Positions 15,501-29,123 of a stretch of DNA of 64,000 nucleotides are shown one piece after another. The position numbers and the translations under genes are program-made. This DNA comes from Eledone cirrhosa (lineage: Eukaryota). Each line of letters opens with the position of its first letter. Within the stretch, counting starts at the first letter, position 1. The notes under the pieces are model-generated. The model was not told where the DNA came from. It saw nothing but the letters and a program-made list of their open reading frames with translations, and searched no databases. The stretch is taken from NCBI GenBank assembly GCA_964016885.1, contig OZ024758.1, forward strand, positions 28,086,001-28,150,000, in the 5' to 3' direction.

Positions 15501-16228
15501 AACTTTTGAAATTGCTTAACAATGGAGCTATGTCTAATATAGTAGAGGCACACTTGCCTCAGGGATAATGAAAAAAAGAAGACAAAGAAGAAAGAGATTT
15601 TGGATAAGCCGTTCAACAAAAGTCTGAATAGAAAGGAAAAGCGGCTACTTTGTGTGAAACCAGATAAATAAGACATAAAAAAATGAGAAATAAATAAATA
15701 AAGCAATTAGGGATATAATAATACAAAACCCCCATCAACCTATGATTAACATAGCAGCAGAATTATCAACTAATATAAAGGTAAAATAGTTGATTAGAGA
15801 GAGGAGAAATTACAAGGGCTTCCAACTAACAGATCAAAATAAGAAAATGGTAAAAATGGTAAGAGTGAATTAGAAGAGCTGACTTGGAGAAGTTGTAGTT
15901 TAGGTTATACTAGCAGAATGGCCCGGCGTTGCTCAGGATTTGCTCTAGGGTTCTTATATATTTGATATATATTTATTCTCATCGAGCCTCATGAAATAAA
16001 TATGTTTGTTTATATTTTGTTATTGTGTATGCAAAAATATCTGTACACGAATATATAATTATATATATATAATTGTTTCTTCTTTTGGCACAAGGCCAGC
16101 AATTACCCAGTGCATTACTGGTACTTTATTTTATCGACCCCGTAAGGATGAAAGGCAAAGTTAACCTATATATATATATAATATTATTCAAAATGTTAAT
16201 AAATGAAAAATATTCTCATAATCAAAAT

Positions 16229-16297
16229 ATATATTTTATTATACATATTTCAAAGGTACTATGGTGTTTAAGTATGTTTTCATCAGATAAAATATAT
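16229..16297 (-). ncRNA. Minimal hammerhead ribozyme motif (family H1)
   Basis: Minus strand: ATATTTTAT-CTGATGA-...-GAAA-TATGTA-TA-ATAAAATAT. Flanks are homologous to the 54130 copy. Confidence 0.55.
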
Positions 16298-16735
16298 GAT
16301 TTGATATGTGACATACCACTACGGTCTTGATTATTCAATTCCAGTATTGTATTCGTTGAGTAATCAAGCAGGGAAAAGCGGACGTAAAATGATGATGATG
16401 ATGATGATGATATATAACAGTACAGAGAAGTACGGAATACCTCAGCCTCGGGATGGAGTCTACATTTTGTGCTTATAAAATAAATTTGTCATAGATTAGC
16501 AGGGTTTTTTTCCGTGCGAAGAAAATCAATACTTTATCGCGAAATAAATACTTTTGTTCTCAAAGTGGCTGCTACCACCGCCGGTGTGGCATTGAAAAGG
16601 CCCGGATGATGCTGGGGCCTAAGGGGGCAGTAGAGATGATATAATAGTATATTAAATATCAAATGAAACATGTTATATATAAATATAGTAAAATATATAT
16701 TATTCATTTATACATAGTATATATTATATTATTTA

Positions 16736-17320
16736 TCTATATATCTAAAACAGAGAATGTCTGTCTGTCTGATTCCCTAAAACTCGAGAACCACCCAACC
16801 GATTGTTTTCAAACTTTACACATGTAATACTTATGGTCCTGTGAGTGTTTTGAGAAAAAATATTTCAAATTTTCAATGCCCTACAGACCGCATTAGGTGA
16901 TTTAGCGATCTTTCTCTATAATTCTTAGTCTTTCTTTTTAGATAGATACATAGATATAATGTTGCGCCCTTATAATATCTGTCTGTATGTTTGCATACGA
17001 CATTATGACGCTGTGTGTGTGTGTATATATATATATAGTGTGTAACGTTTTTCGAAATATTTACTTCTGCGTTCACAGATTGATTTTTTTAGTTTCAGAA
17101 GATCACATTAAGGGTGAAAGCAGCGATTCTTTGCTTAAACTTTAATCTGTTATTTTAATATATATATATAATTATATATTCGTGTACAGATATTTTTGCA
17201 TACACAATAACAAAATATAAACAAAAGTATTTATTTCACGAGGCTCGATAAGGATAAATATATATCAAATATATAAGAACCCTAGAGCAAATCCCGAGCA
17301 ACACTGGGCCATTCTGATAG
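16736..17320 (+). mobile_element. Non-autonomous Helitron-like element. An inverted 3'-end copy lies at 15910-16070
   Basis: 5' A|TCTATATAT..(GTCT)n. 3' GC hairpin CCCG..GGG followed by (C/A)TAG|T. The 15910 copy has an intact CTAG. Confidence 0.7.
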
Positions 17321-20300
17321 TTATATATAAATTAATGATTTTATTTATTATATATTATTTACAATTTTCGTGTAGGCAGGTCTCTCTGGAAATAGGGATG
17401 GGGGGAGATGAGGGTATTACTTGGCCTTGAGGGGGGACTGTGGCCCCAAAAGTTTGAGAACCTCTGATTTAATCTTTTAACCATTTAAACCAGCCGTATT
17501 TGGCCAGAATTCTCTCACCTCCTTTTGTTCAAACCACTCACTCATACTGATGTTAAGGTATTGTTCTCAAAATAAATAATATCAAAATCTCTTAGATTCG
17601 ATATTATGAGAGATAAAGCCTTTACCATGAAAATACAATAGTAAATATAGAGTAATGTAAATGCTAAAGGGTTAAAACATAGTACTCCTATTAATTTGAT
17701 AACATTATTGTAAAAAAATAAACCTAAAAGAAATAAAAATATGAATGTAGATGACTGTATAGTTATATATAGACTAAAATTTACAATTGTCAGCCAATTC
17801 AACAATAAACACCCATTGAAAACCGAAACCTGCTTCTATTCAATTAGTCATTTACAAACAGACAAGTGTTTGCATGTGGCTTTTCTATCCAAAGAAATAT
17901 AAGTCATATAGTTTAGTGTTAATTATCTTTATTTGGGTTTTATAAATAATATATTGTTATATTTGTTGTAAAAAAACATAATTAAACAGGAATGTTAATT
18001 ATCGTCACAATTACACTCATGTATACAAGTTGTATTGATGAATTTTATCAATTGCTATATACACATGTGCATTAAGTTTTAAGAAAACTTGTTTTTTACA
18101 TACATATATGTAAACAGATTTGACAAGAGAAGGTGCCGTTGAATCAGTTAGCATGGGTCTATGACTGTGAGGGAACCTACATGTCTCAACTTCCAGTTCT
18201 TTTATTCTGCTGTTATTTGTAAGCATAAGGTGGTGGATTGGCAGTATCGATAGAGGGTCAGACGCCATGCTTTGCAGCAAAGAGTTATGTCCCTTTATGG
18301 TCTGAGTTCAAATCCCGCCGAGGTTAACTTTGCCTTTCATCCTTACGGGGTCGATAAAATAAAGTACCAGTAATGTACTGGGATAATTGCTGGCCTTGTG
18401 CCAAGAGTAGAAACAGTTATTTGTAAGCATATCATGTACACTATATGTACACATATATAGGGGGAACCCACACATAAATCCTGTGTATTTAACACTTATT
18501 ATTGAAATACTTAACAAGCAGTTTGAAATGAGGTCTACATTTCATATCTGGCTTGGATCTATTACAGATCTGTCAACTCTCCCTGTCCGATGGGGAGATC
18601 TCCCACACACTGAGGTGGGTGAGAGATGTCTTCTCTTGTGAAAATGGGTATAGCTTTCATTATGTAAAATCTCCCCATTTTCCCCTGTTTTGGGGCACTT
18701 CATTTCATGGTACTCCCCGTTTGGGTTGTTAGAAGTTGGCAGGTCTGCTATGAGCAGCTTCAGTGTGGGTCTACATTTTACAACTGCTGTGAGCCTAATA
18801 TCAGCTTTACACATGCCTGTATGTAATATATAGCTGCAAAGAAAAACAGAAATCATCTGAAGCAACATAGAGTTGAGCTAAGATAGTAAACTAAATGAAA
18901 TAAATGTAAAGAGGCTGTTTTAAAAATGGCTACCAATCCAGAGTAAAATATTAAAATGGTAATGAAATTCAGAACAGTATGACAAAATGTTAAACGCAAT
19001 TAAAGGAATTTTATTTTCAAAATAATCCTATAATTCATTGAAAAATATTTTTGAAGTATATATACAGTTATTTATTTGACAGATATGGAATGTTGTTCAA
19101 TAAAATGAACAGAAAAAGAAAGCAGCATTGGAAAGGACCATAAATGCCATAAATATGCCAAAAAGTTAGATCACTCATTTAAGAATTTTTTGGCAAGTTA
19201 TTGGATATTTGTTTTAGCACTCTTAGCTCAGAGTTCAAATCCTATTGAGGTCAATTTTATCTTTCGTCCCTTAGGGATCGATAATATAAAATACCATTCA
19301 ATGGTGGTGGATTGACGAAACTGTTAGAACGTGGAACACAATGTCTTGTAGTTTGCATTCTGAATTCAAACTTCACCAATGGCCTTAACCCTTTACCATT
19401 TACATTAACCTATATTTACTATTATATTTTCATGGTAAAGGCTTTACCTCACATAATATCGAAGCTATGAGATTTTGATATTATTTATTTTGAGAACAAT
19501 ACCTTAACATCAGTTTGAGTGGCCAGTTACAGCCAGTTTGAACAGAAAGAGGTGAGAGAATTCTGGCCAGATATAACTGGTTTAAATGCTAAAGGGTTAA
19601 TGGTCAATCAAGAGTGAAAAGTAAAACCAATAAGCCAGTTAATTAGATCAATATAAGGAATTAACATTAAGAATACTGACCACAGTTTTTTTAAGCTAAC
19701 CAGCTTCCTTGTAATTGAAAGAAACTGTTATATATTTTCAAGCTAGGTAATATTTCTCACGACAACTGTCATTTTCATTGTGAAATAAGCTTGACACTCC
19801 TCTACCACTCACACAAACTCCATCAGGTGTTCCATGTCAGTTAGTATATTTAGTTTTTAATCCTCTTTTTATTTAATACATTGTATTTGATCCCATAGCT
19901 TTATATAGACAGGTAAATTTAATCTTCACACATACAAGTAATCTCTGCACTTTCATCTACTCACCTTGTATTTTGTTATGAAGCAATTTTCCTTTGATAG
20001 CTAAATATTTATAACTTTCTCAGTGTATAAACTGGAAAGTTTCAAATTAAATAATGAAATAAACTTACTGAAATAAAAAGAAATGTTTGTGGTCATGATT
20101 TCAGTAGACATCATTTTATTGTACTAAACAAAATGACAAGCCACTTGGCCTGTTAGAAATAGCAACCAAATTTCCATAAAATCACACTGTAATCTATATA
20201 AAATTTGAGTGACTTCCATCCGTCCTTTCATCACACACTAGAGGTGACTGGGGAAGGAAGGGGTGATGACAAACTACAGAAAACAGCATCTAACATTCAC

Positions 20301-20650
20301 TACACGTGTGTACAATCTAAATAAATCTCTATATAAATTTGAATGACTTATTTTTGCAAGTGTACCTGTGTTTGTGCCTTTACAATAACATACTCATACA
20401 CATGTCAACACGCTTTAAAACATTCTACTGTATTAAAAAAAGGAAGGAGACAGGTTAATATAGTCCAAAGTAGACTATACCTTAAAAGGATGGGATGGTC
20501 AAAGTTTGAATGTTTTTGATCATAGTTTTGCTCACGCAATATGCTTTTAGCCAACCATTTAAATCAGAGGTTCTCAAACTTTTTGGGCCACATTTAACTC
20601 AGTGATGTATGATAAAGATTATATGTGTATAAAATATATTCTATACTTAC

Positions 20651-21400
20651 AAGATTCCTCTGTTTTATCTGAAGGGTATAAGCCTTCACAAGGAGTGTGA
20701 ATGTCAATCTGAAAGGTTGTTATGACAGGAGCATTCTTGTAAAGTTTGCTTTCATATTTATTAACTGATTCTTCGAAATGAAACCCGGGTGTATTCTTCA
20801 GATTATTATAAAATAGATCTGGTAATGAATCTTGAAGAATGTACTTTCGGTAACGTGTGATGGCATGGTCTATGATATCACAGCTATGCTTTAAATAAAC
20901 AAATTTAAAATTTGGAGAAAACTGGAGAACCTTAGGTTTCTTGATGTAATATTGTGGTAATGGCCAAGGTTCACCTGAAGTACTAATAGGTGATCGACGT
21001 ATTTTTTGTTCTGGCACAACATAATCTTCCATATTTATTGAAAAATCATGCCAATCCCAAACAATACGACTTTTTCCATGTGATTCTTCTTGGTTTATGC
21101 GTTCCTTGTCTATAAATTCATTGTGTGAAGGCTGTTCTCGATTCCCTGGAATGTTGATTTCAAGGCTAGGAATTTTATTGTTAAACGCTTTATGGTTAAC
21201 ATCATTATTTTTTATATTTTCATCAGCATTGGCAACTCTATGATTGGATTTTAATGTATCTTTTATTACGTCTAATGAAGCATCTGCAGCTTGGTTGGCA
21301 TCTGCAACCCCGTTAGCCTGATCACCGAGTCTTGCATGATTTCTTATGTTGGGTGCCCAATGATTTTGACTTAGATTTACTTGCGAGTTTTTCCATAAGT
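20651..21400 (-). CDS. HEXB: Beta-hexosaminidase coding exon 2 (750 nt): long N-terminal extension plus GH20b domain
   Basis: TTTGCAG acceptor and GTAAGT donor, phase 1 at both ends. Contains PWPLPQ, CDIIDHAITRYRKYI and CEGLYPSDKTEES, typical of the hexosaminidase N-terminal domain. Confidence 0.9.
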
Positions 21401-21539
21401 CTGCAAAAAAATATAAAAAAAAAAATTGATATAAAATATGAGTAGGCCTCATTTAAAAGAATGGACAGTAATTTCACGGTTATATAATTTAATGCATTAA
21501 TTACAGAGATAGTGAAGAAAACAAAGTAAATATATTTAC

Positions 21540-21642
21540 TTTCTAAATTATTAGCCTTATGAATCAGGACGGTAGGAGGCTTTTGGAAAGCTTCACTGAA
21601 TGCAAAGAGAACAGCAAGTAAAAATAGCTTGAACAGCTCCAT
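21540..21642 (-). CDS. HEXB: Beta-hexosaminidase (GH20) coding exon 1, signal peptide MELFKLFLLAVLFAFSEA-FQKPP...NNLE
   Basis: ATG at 21642 with a hydrophobic signal peptide. Acceptor TTTCTGTAG just upstream (exon starts 21662). Donor GTAAAT after 21540 in phase 1, which matches the next exon. HEXA versus HEXB orthology is not resolved. Confidence 0.85.
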
Positions 21643-23599
21643 TCCGCAACCATGTCAGAATTCTACAGAAATAAGAGAAAAAAGCATAAGTCAGTTTTAT
21701 GAAATTATTTATATAGTCAAAGTTTTCTACAATGATTATACAAATTAGTCAGCATTCATCTTCAAATAACATTCTTTGGCAATTTTGCTTTGAAAGAAGA
21801 GATAACTCCTTTTGCATGTAGGGACAAGCCAACCTCTTTAGTGTTGGGGAGATAGGATAAAATGCATCCAGTACACTTTGTAAAGTGCTTGACGATCAAC
21901 TAGAGACAGTGTTTAGTATTTAAACTGGCCATATCTGGCCAGAATTCTCTCACCTCTTTCTGTTCAAACTGCTGTAACCGGCCACTCATACTGATTTAAG
22001 GTATTGTTCTCCAAATAAATATCAAAATCTCAGATTTGATATTATGTGAGATAAAGCCTTTACTGTGACAATACAATAGTATATATAGAGTAATGTAAAT
22101 GCTAAAGGGTTAAGGGCAAAAAAAAAATCTCTACTGTTAGGGCGATAGGATAAAATACATCCAGTATACTTTGTAAAGTGCTTGACGATCAACTAGAGAT
22201 AGTGTAGGGAAGAGAGGGTTCTTCAGTCTTGTTAAGGGCAAAAAACCCCACTCTAGTGTTGGTGCCATGACAAAATGTACCCAGTACACTCATTTGACTG
22301 TTTAGATACCAAACCACTTGAAACTGGCTCTGGTTCTATGATACAAAACTTTGTTTTAAGTATATCTACCTAAAAACATTCCATCATAATTTTATGTAAA
22401 CACTTTTGTTGGATTATGTTCCAAACATCAACTTAATAAAGAGAAAATTATTTTACTAAATCACTTTTATTTGAAAATAGTAGACAGTCTGTCATTAGAA
22501 AGAGTTAAGTGATAGGAGTTAGAAAGGGCATACAACTGTTTAAACCATGGCAAAAATTGAAATCTAGGAATGTGACATGGTTCTCTGATCCATCTACAAG
22601 GGCAGTAACTCCAAAAAAGACCTCTAAAAGTTCCTCTGAAGGGTCTTTGGAATAATGTTACTCGACAGTGTGTGTAGCTTGAAGATCAGGGATTTGCTCC
22701 GGGTAGCTCTGATACAACAGATATGTGATCAGAATCTTTAAGGAAAGAATTGCTGGACAGATTTCATTGGCATAACCCAACCGGCAGGAGCTCCAGAGAT
22801 GGATCCTGAGCAAGAGTGGCAAATACGGTATAGTGTTATCAATAATTTAGCGTTAAAAAATATATATTGCCATGAAAAAAGCTATAAAAAAATCGCAGAA
22901 GATATTTATGATTCTGTGAATATGTGGTGGTTTCCATGAACAATTATTAGTTAGGTTCTAAGGAGAATTCAGTGAATAACCAGGACTGTGGATGCCAGGG
23001 GTACACTGTAAATACAGATGATATTACATGTGCAAACTAAAATGGCTTCCACCGATGTGGAATATATTTTATATGTTTGTATAATGTTTCTTGTTAAAAT
23101 CTGTTATAAATAATGAATAGGGTACTTTACATTGCCCTCAGAAAAGGTGACTCCATAATTCTTAGGCCATGGGCCTGCCCAAATATTGCAATTATATTTG
23201 TAAATTATGCTCCTAAAATTCCTAAAAATAAAATGGAGGTGAACACCCCCTCCACATCCACAGAACAAGAGTTATATTACATTTTGTTGATAGCAGCCAG
23301 AATAATAGCAACGTCACAACTATCGCTAACAACAGTAAAAGTAGCAACAAGAACAACAACAATAGTAACAACAACACTGCACATTTTGCAAAGAACGATT
23401 CCCCCCCCTATCTGCCAGTCAGCCAACCAACCAATAGAAAAAGAAAAAAAAAAAATCAGCCAGCCAACTGAATTACTATAGAGACAGCCAACAAGCCAAT
23501 TGAACTGCTATAAAGCCAGCAACCAACTAACTACCTAGACAACAAACAAGTTGTTTGCAGGCACTGCTCAACATTTAGAAAAAATAGCATATGACAAAA

Positions 23600-25250
23600 A
23601 TCAGATAAAAGAAGGGAGAGCCATAATGAAAAAGTAGAAGCATGGTCGCCCTCTAAACCCCACACAATGTAATTGAGGAGAGAAAACAAAAGAAAACAAA
23701 AGAAAAAAACTCCAACTTCACCGTAAAAAAAAAGAAGCTAAAGTCATAAGGCAACTAAATGCCAACACCCACACCAGCATCATCATCAGCAGCACAACCA
23801 CCACCACTACCATCATCAACAGAGACCACATACACCAATGTTGAAAGGCACCCCCCACAAACTAGTATGCAGACTAGCATGTCAGCATGTGTTCTGTAGA
23901 GGTGCTTAACACCAAACATATTGAGGTGATTGGCACTGCTCTCAGGGAATATGAAGCAGTGACAGAATCAAAATTAACAAAGAAAAGTCGGTGGGCTTGC
24001 AGATTGGCAGGTCTATACTGTCCAACAGCATCATAGGGCACTGGACAGACAGACCAATTAAACTGGTCAGAGTCTGGTCTGGTTCAGACCTCCAGATGTA
24101 AAAAACCTGCGATGCAGTAACCAGCAGGGTGGTCACTCTCACCCAAGAGGAAGCTATCCATGAAAGGTTGAGCAGAGGTGTTGAATGCATACATCATGCC
24201 CAGCATCTACTCCAGCCACATCATTGTATCTTGTTCTGGTCACTATCTGACTGTACTGGAGCATTTGCTTTTGTTTCTTGAGGAAGGGGTGCATTCCAAT
24301 GGTCAGGTGGTCCATTTGCTGTCAACACCTGCTCCATGAAGGACTGGGTATGCTGTAGCTGATGATACATAAGAATGCTGAGGCTACAACATCTCCAGCT
24401 TTTCCTTGACAGTGAATAGGTGTGGTCGCCATTTGCTAGATATGTTTTTCCCTAGCTCGTCTCCTTCATGGAAAAGCAGTCCTGGGTCAAGCAAATGCCA
24501 AGAGGGAGCACTTGGAAACTGGAATGCCTTCAAACCGACAGTATGATGGGTGGAAATTGACCTTGCTGTTATATAGAGGGTCAATGGTGGATAAAAGCAA
24601 CAACATTCTTGGAGAGATTCTAGGAGTCAATTAAAATCAACTAATCACTCTTTTCCAGAGGACTTTTGGTCCATGGCCCAAATAACTTCCAGAAATCCAT
24701 GGCATGGCAGTGCTACTAGGGAGCATAGTCAGTTCAAGATAAACTCTACAGGCATGGGAGTGCTGACTTGTGGGTTTATGTTGAACACCTGCTGTCAGAC
24801 GTAGGACAAACTGGTGGCCATGGCAAAAGAGGTAGTATGGCAAGCACATTAGTGAGGGTTGAGGACAAGCACGACTCTCTTTGGTGAAGCCTTCATTAAC
24901 TTCTTCAAGTTTCACTTGAAGAGGAAAATCGAGAGAAGGTGGAGAGGAAAGAGCTGCTTTCCAGCCAGTTTGTTGAAAGGTGGATGAGAGAGACAAGCAT
25001 GGTTCCAGTGAATGGGCCTGCTCTGAGTATGCGTCTTGCATATTGGAGGAGGGCAACTGGGAGGGGGGTTACTTATCCTTGTCATCAGAGCGACAATAGA
25101 TTTTTGTGGACTTTCTTCATGTGTGACACTCGGAAGTGTCACCAGTATTAGGGAATTTGTTTTTGTTTGTAATTTTTACGTTTTTTTTTTGTTTGTTTTC
25201 GTTGATATTTTTACACGTAAAAAGCCACACTGTCTCGACTGAGCCGTTCT
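23600..25250 (-). mobile_element. Decayed GC-richer retroelement remnant (possibly L1/Tx1)
   Basis: GC-rich block with fragmented ORFs and no clean motif. Classification is tentative. Confidence 0.3.
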
Positions 25251-25349
25251 TAAACTTGACAGAAACAGAAAAACAGGTTTGCTAATCGTCACCCTGTGTG
25301 TACGCAGACATACACATGAACACACATACATGCGCGTAGATAAACCTAT

Positions 25350-25391
<42 letters not shown>

Positions 25392-25467
25392 CTATACGCA
25401 CATAAACATACACACACACACACCTATGCGCACATAAACACACACACACACACACCTATGCGCACAT

Positions 25468-25504
<37 letters not shown>

Positions 25505-25870
25505 TACATACTCATAAACATACGTACACCTTCAATTTTTTATTTATAAATATTTTATTCCCAGTTGAATAAAAAATATTACAAATGCGTAAACAACATA
25601 AATTGCTCGTAATTCGTTCAGAAAAACAATACAAATATAATGTTGGTAAACACAAATATAAAAGCATAAACGAGAGAAAAAAGGGCGGGGCAAGCTAAAA
25701 CGAAACCCCATCAATTCACCACCAAGAGATATCTACCTATTACGAAGGGTAAGGTCCCTATCGTTTCACACTACTTTTCAAGTTACAATGGCCAACTAAA
25801 TACAAGTATATATTTACAGTAGAACGGTATTGAAATAAGTTTTGTTCCGTAACTTCAAAACAAACAGTAC

Positions 25871-26130
25871 CTTCCAGTATTGAAATAACCTTGTTCAAAT
25901 GACTTCACCGTATGTGGCTGTATATAACGTTATTATGTATTATCGAAATATAATTTCTTTGAAACTTTTAAATTACTAAGAAATACATATTTCTTTAACT
26001 TCTCAACAATGGTACACCGAGTAGCGAAATGGTTGTTTAGATTAGTTCATTGTTTTCAAAATGACAGCGACTACCAAACAACATCCATTTGATATCACTT
26101 TGAAATAAATGTATGCGTACCGGCTTTTCA
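25871..26130 (-). promoter_or_regulatory. Candidate non-coding first exon / promoter of the hexosaminidase gene
   Basis: Coding exon 1 has an acceptor, so an upstream UTR exon is needed. This stretch does not match the window's repeats, retains CpGs, and ends in AAG|GTACTG at 25871/25870. Confidence 0.35.
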
Positions 26131-26569
26131 ACAATATTGGCAGTATCGGTTGAGCGTTGGATAATTTTAGCGCCATAGAGTTACGGCCCTTTACGCCTGG
26201 GTCCAAATTTCGCTACAGTTAGCTTTGCTTTTTTTTATATCCTTACGCGATCGATAAAATAATAATAATGCACTGGGTTCGATTTAATCGACTTTCCTCT
26301 TCACTTCAAACTGTTGGCCTGTGTCAAAAGTAAAAATTTCTCTTATTCTCTCTCTCTCTCCTTCTCTGGAAGAAATCTGCTGTATTCAGACCTGAAGAGG
26401 ATTTGAGCCCCACCATTTTGAAACAATTCCCTAAAAAAAAAAACGCTGTATATCAATACAGCGACTACACGACCCCCTCAGGAGTTACAGAACCATGCAT
26501 GCACGCAATATTGGTAACTAGCATAGGTTGGTTTCACATTCTCGTTAGTTAGTCGGTGGAGGGGGGGGG

Positions 26570-26728
26570 GGCTGAGAGAGGTGGTGGAAGCAAACATTGG
26601 GAGGAGGGGGTGCTGAGAGAGGTGGTGGAAGCAAACATTGGGAGGAGGGGGTGCTGAGAGAGGTGGTGGAAGCAAACATTGGGAGGAGGGGGTGCTGAGA
26701 GAGGTGGTGGAAGCAAACATTGGGAGGA
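26570..26728. repeat. ~41-bp tandem repeat, ~4 copies
   Basis: GGTGCTGAGAGAGGTGGTGGAAGCAAACATTGGGAGGAGG. Confidence 0.9.
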
Positions 26729-27025
26729 AGTGGAAAATAAAAGAAGAATGGCTAATTAGTAATTTAGTAATTTTATTAGTCCCAATATTTTTGGATTTAT
26801 CATCTATTATCAAGGGGGAAAACCTTAGAGAGAGAGTGGAGATTGACTTTTCCGTATATTTATATATATTGTGATATTTGGGGAGAGTCATATTGTTATA
26901 TTGCCAGAAATAATAATAAAACACACTCAGTTTGGTTTGGATTGGTTTTCGCTTCTGTATATTTTACATCAAAAGTTAATTCAGCTGGCAATTTATTATT
27001 GATTGACCAACAGTTAAAAATATAT

Positions 27026-27082
<57 letters not shown>

Positions 27083-27335
27083 ATCAAAGTTCTTTCATCA
27101 CACACCTGTGACACCATCAGTAGTACTATAATGTCCCCCCCCCCCCATTGTATTGTAATGTCTATTTGATTATTTATTTATTTATTTTTATCTCTTTGTG
27201 CATGCGTCTGTGTGTGTTTTCTGTTTGGTGTGTGTGTCCGTCCGAGTCTGTGTTTGTTTGTATTCTATCTTTGTTCACTAGTCTGTGTTTGTATCCTATT
27301 TTTGTGTGGTTGTTGTAGTACCTGTGTATATTTAT

Positions 27336-27818
27336 TTACATTTGTCTTAGGTCACTATTGTGTGTTTGTGTATGGTTGTTGTCATTCCATTCATTTTTTC
27401 TGTTCAACTTCGGTTTTCTTAGTTCTATTTCAGTTGCTTCCCTAATTTGTCTACCTGGTGAGTCATTTCTATGTTTAGATATTATTTTAATTTCTATGTT
27501 GTCTATATTACCGTCATGTCTTCGTCTGGCGTGTTCATATAGTACTGAACCGTCTTTTTGTCCTTTTAATTCCCCCCAGTGTTGGTCTATCCTTTCTCCT
27601 ATACTTCAAGCTGTCTCACCTATGTATGTTGTTGTCATGTTTCTGCAAGTACCCTCTGTATATCTTATGCTATAGACTACATTTCTAGTTTTACAATTTA
27701 TTTGTGGATTTATTCTACATATAACACATTTCTTATAAGTACAGTGGATTTTCTTAAAGGGGCAAGTTTTGTTGATCAGGGATTTTATGATAGTTCCTGG
27801 TTTTTCTACCACTTTAAT

Positions 27819-27822
<4 letters not shown>
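27336..27822 (-). pseudogene. Penelope-like element GIY-YIG endonuclease remnant
   Basis: KVVEKPG..CPFKKIHC..C..C.....NCKTRNVVYSI..C..TYIGETA*SIGERIDQH...SVLYEHARRRH...RQIREATEI...PKLNRKNEW. One in-frame TGA at 27606-27608. 5'-truncated at (TA)n. Confidence 0.85.
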
Positions 27823-27868
<46 letters not shown>

Positions 27869-28022
27869 TCGTACATATATACATATAGTGGGTGCTTTTT
27901 CTTGTCATGTCACCAGCATGACCACCTTTACCGGATGGACTGGATGCTTTTTGTCTAGTCAGCTGCATGGCCACCTTACAGGGTGGACTATGTATACATT
28001 ATGTATGTGTCTATATGTGTAA

Positions 28023-28063
<41 letters not shown>

Positions 28064-28227
28064 AGTATATATTACACAAAGAGAAGTGTGTTACACAGTG
28101 AGATGTGTGTAAAGAATTATTACAAGTGATTTTACCGTTACTGAAGGAAATTCTCTATTCTTCTTTGAGCTAATACTATTATTATTATTATTACAGTGAA
28201 CTGCGGAATACTCTTAATTCCAATCTT

Positions 28228-28654
28228 TCATCATCATCATTTTACGTCCGCTTTTCCCTGCTTGCAAGGGTGGGACGGGTCTTATTCAGCACAGCATCTC
28301 TCCACTCGTCACGGTCCCTCGTCATCTCCACCGTGAGCTTCAATGATCTGAGGTCTGTTCTCACCACCTCCGCCCATGTTTTTCGTGGTCTACCTCTACC
28401 ACGTCTTCCTTCAACTGGCATTTCCTGGCACTTCTTCACCCATCGGTCATCCTCCATGCGCATCACATGTCCATACCACCTCAGTCTCCTCTCCCGTACA
28501 CTACATTCTATCCCTCTCAGACACAGTTTCTCTCTCAACACATTTATGCTGGGTCGTTCACGCACATTTACACTGCACATCCAACGGAGCATGCTTACCT
28601 CATTTCTCTCCAGCCGTCGCATATCTTCTGCGGTAGCTGCCCATGTCTCACTAC

Positions 28655-28660
<6 letters not shown>
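28228..28660 (-). mobile_element. RTE-clade LINE 3' fragment
   Basis: GSETW..LERNEVSMLRWMC..RRLRWYGHVMRM..GRGRPRKTW, ending [13 protein letters not shown] and a (TGA)n tail. Confidence 0.9.
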
Positions 28661-28713
<53 letters not shown>

Positions 28714-29123
28714 TGTAATAAACAACACAAGGCAATTATTCCATTTACCAGTGGTTTCTAAAACCACTGGTAAATGGAATAATTGCCTTATGTTTATTAC
28801 ATAACTATTAAACTCTGTTACCTACATAGAGCACTCTTTTTTCCTGGACTTTTCCGACGGAATTACTTCATTTATATATATATTCAATCATTTTGTTTGA
28901 CCTGTTTGGCTTGCCCCGTCTTTTTGGCTTAGATGATTGATGGCTCCCTGACCGCCATCTTAGTTTGTTTGGCCTTTATAACCTATGTTTATTGCTCTGG
29001 TCTGGTCTTTATTTGGTCCATGGAGCGCTTGCCAGCATAACTCGGATATTGTGTTCCACTTTGTTTTCGACCACAGCCGAAATCCGATCTTGCTGAAATT
29101 ATATTTATATATATATATATATA

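Noticed and set aside
20619-21452. ORF-track 277-aa ORF as a stand-alone gene
   Set aside because: Its ends are intronic. The real exon is 21400-20651 with canonical splice sites.
25681-25692. GC box GGGCGGGG as a promoter element
   Set aside because: It lies in a dispersed repeat also seen near 7155-7205 and would be downstream of the candidate first exon.
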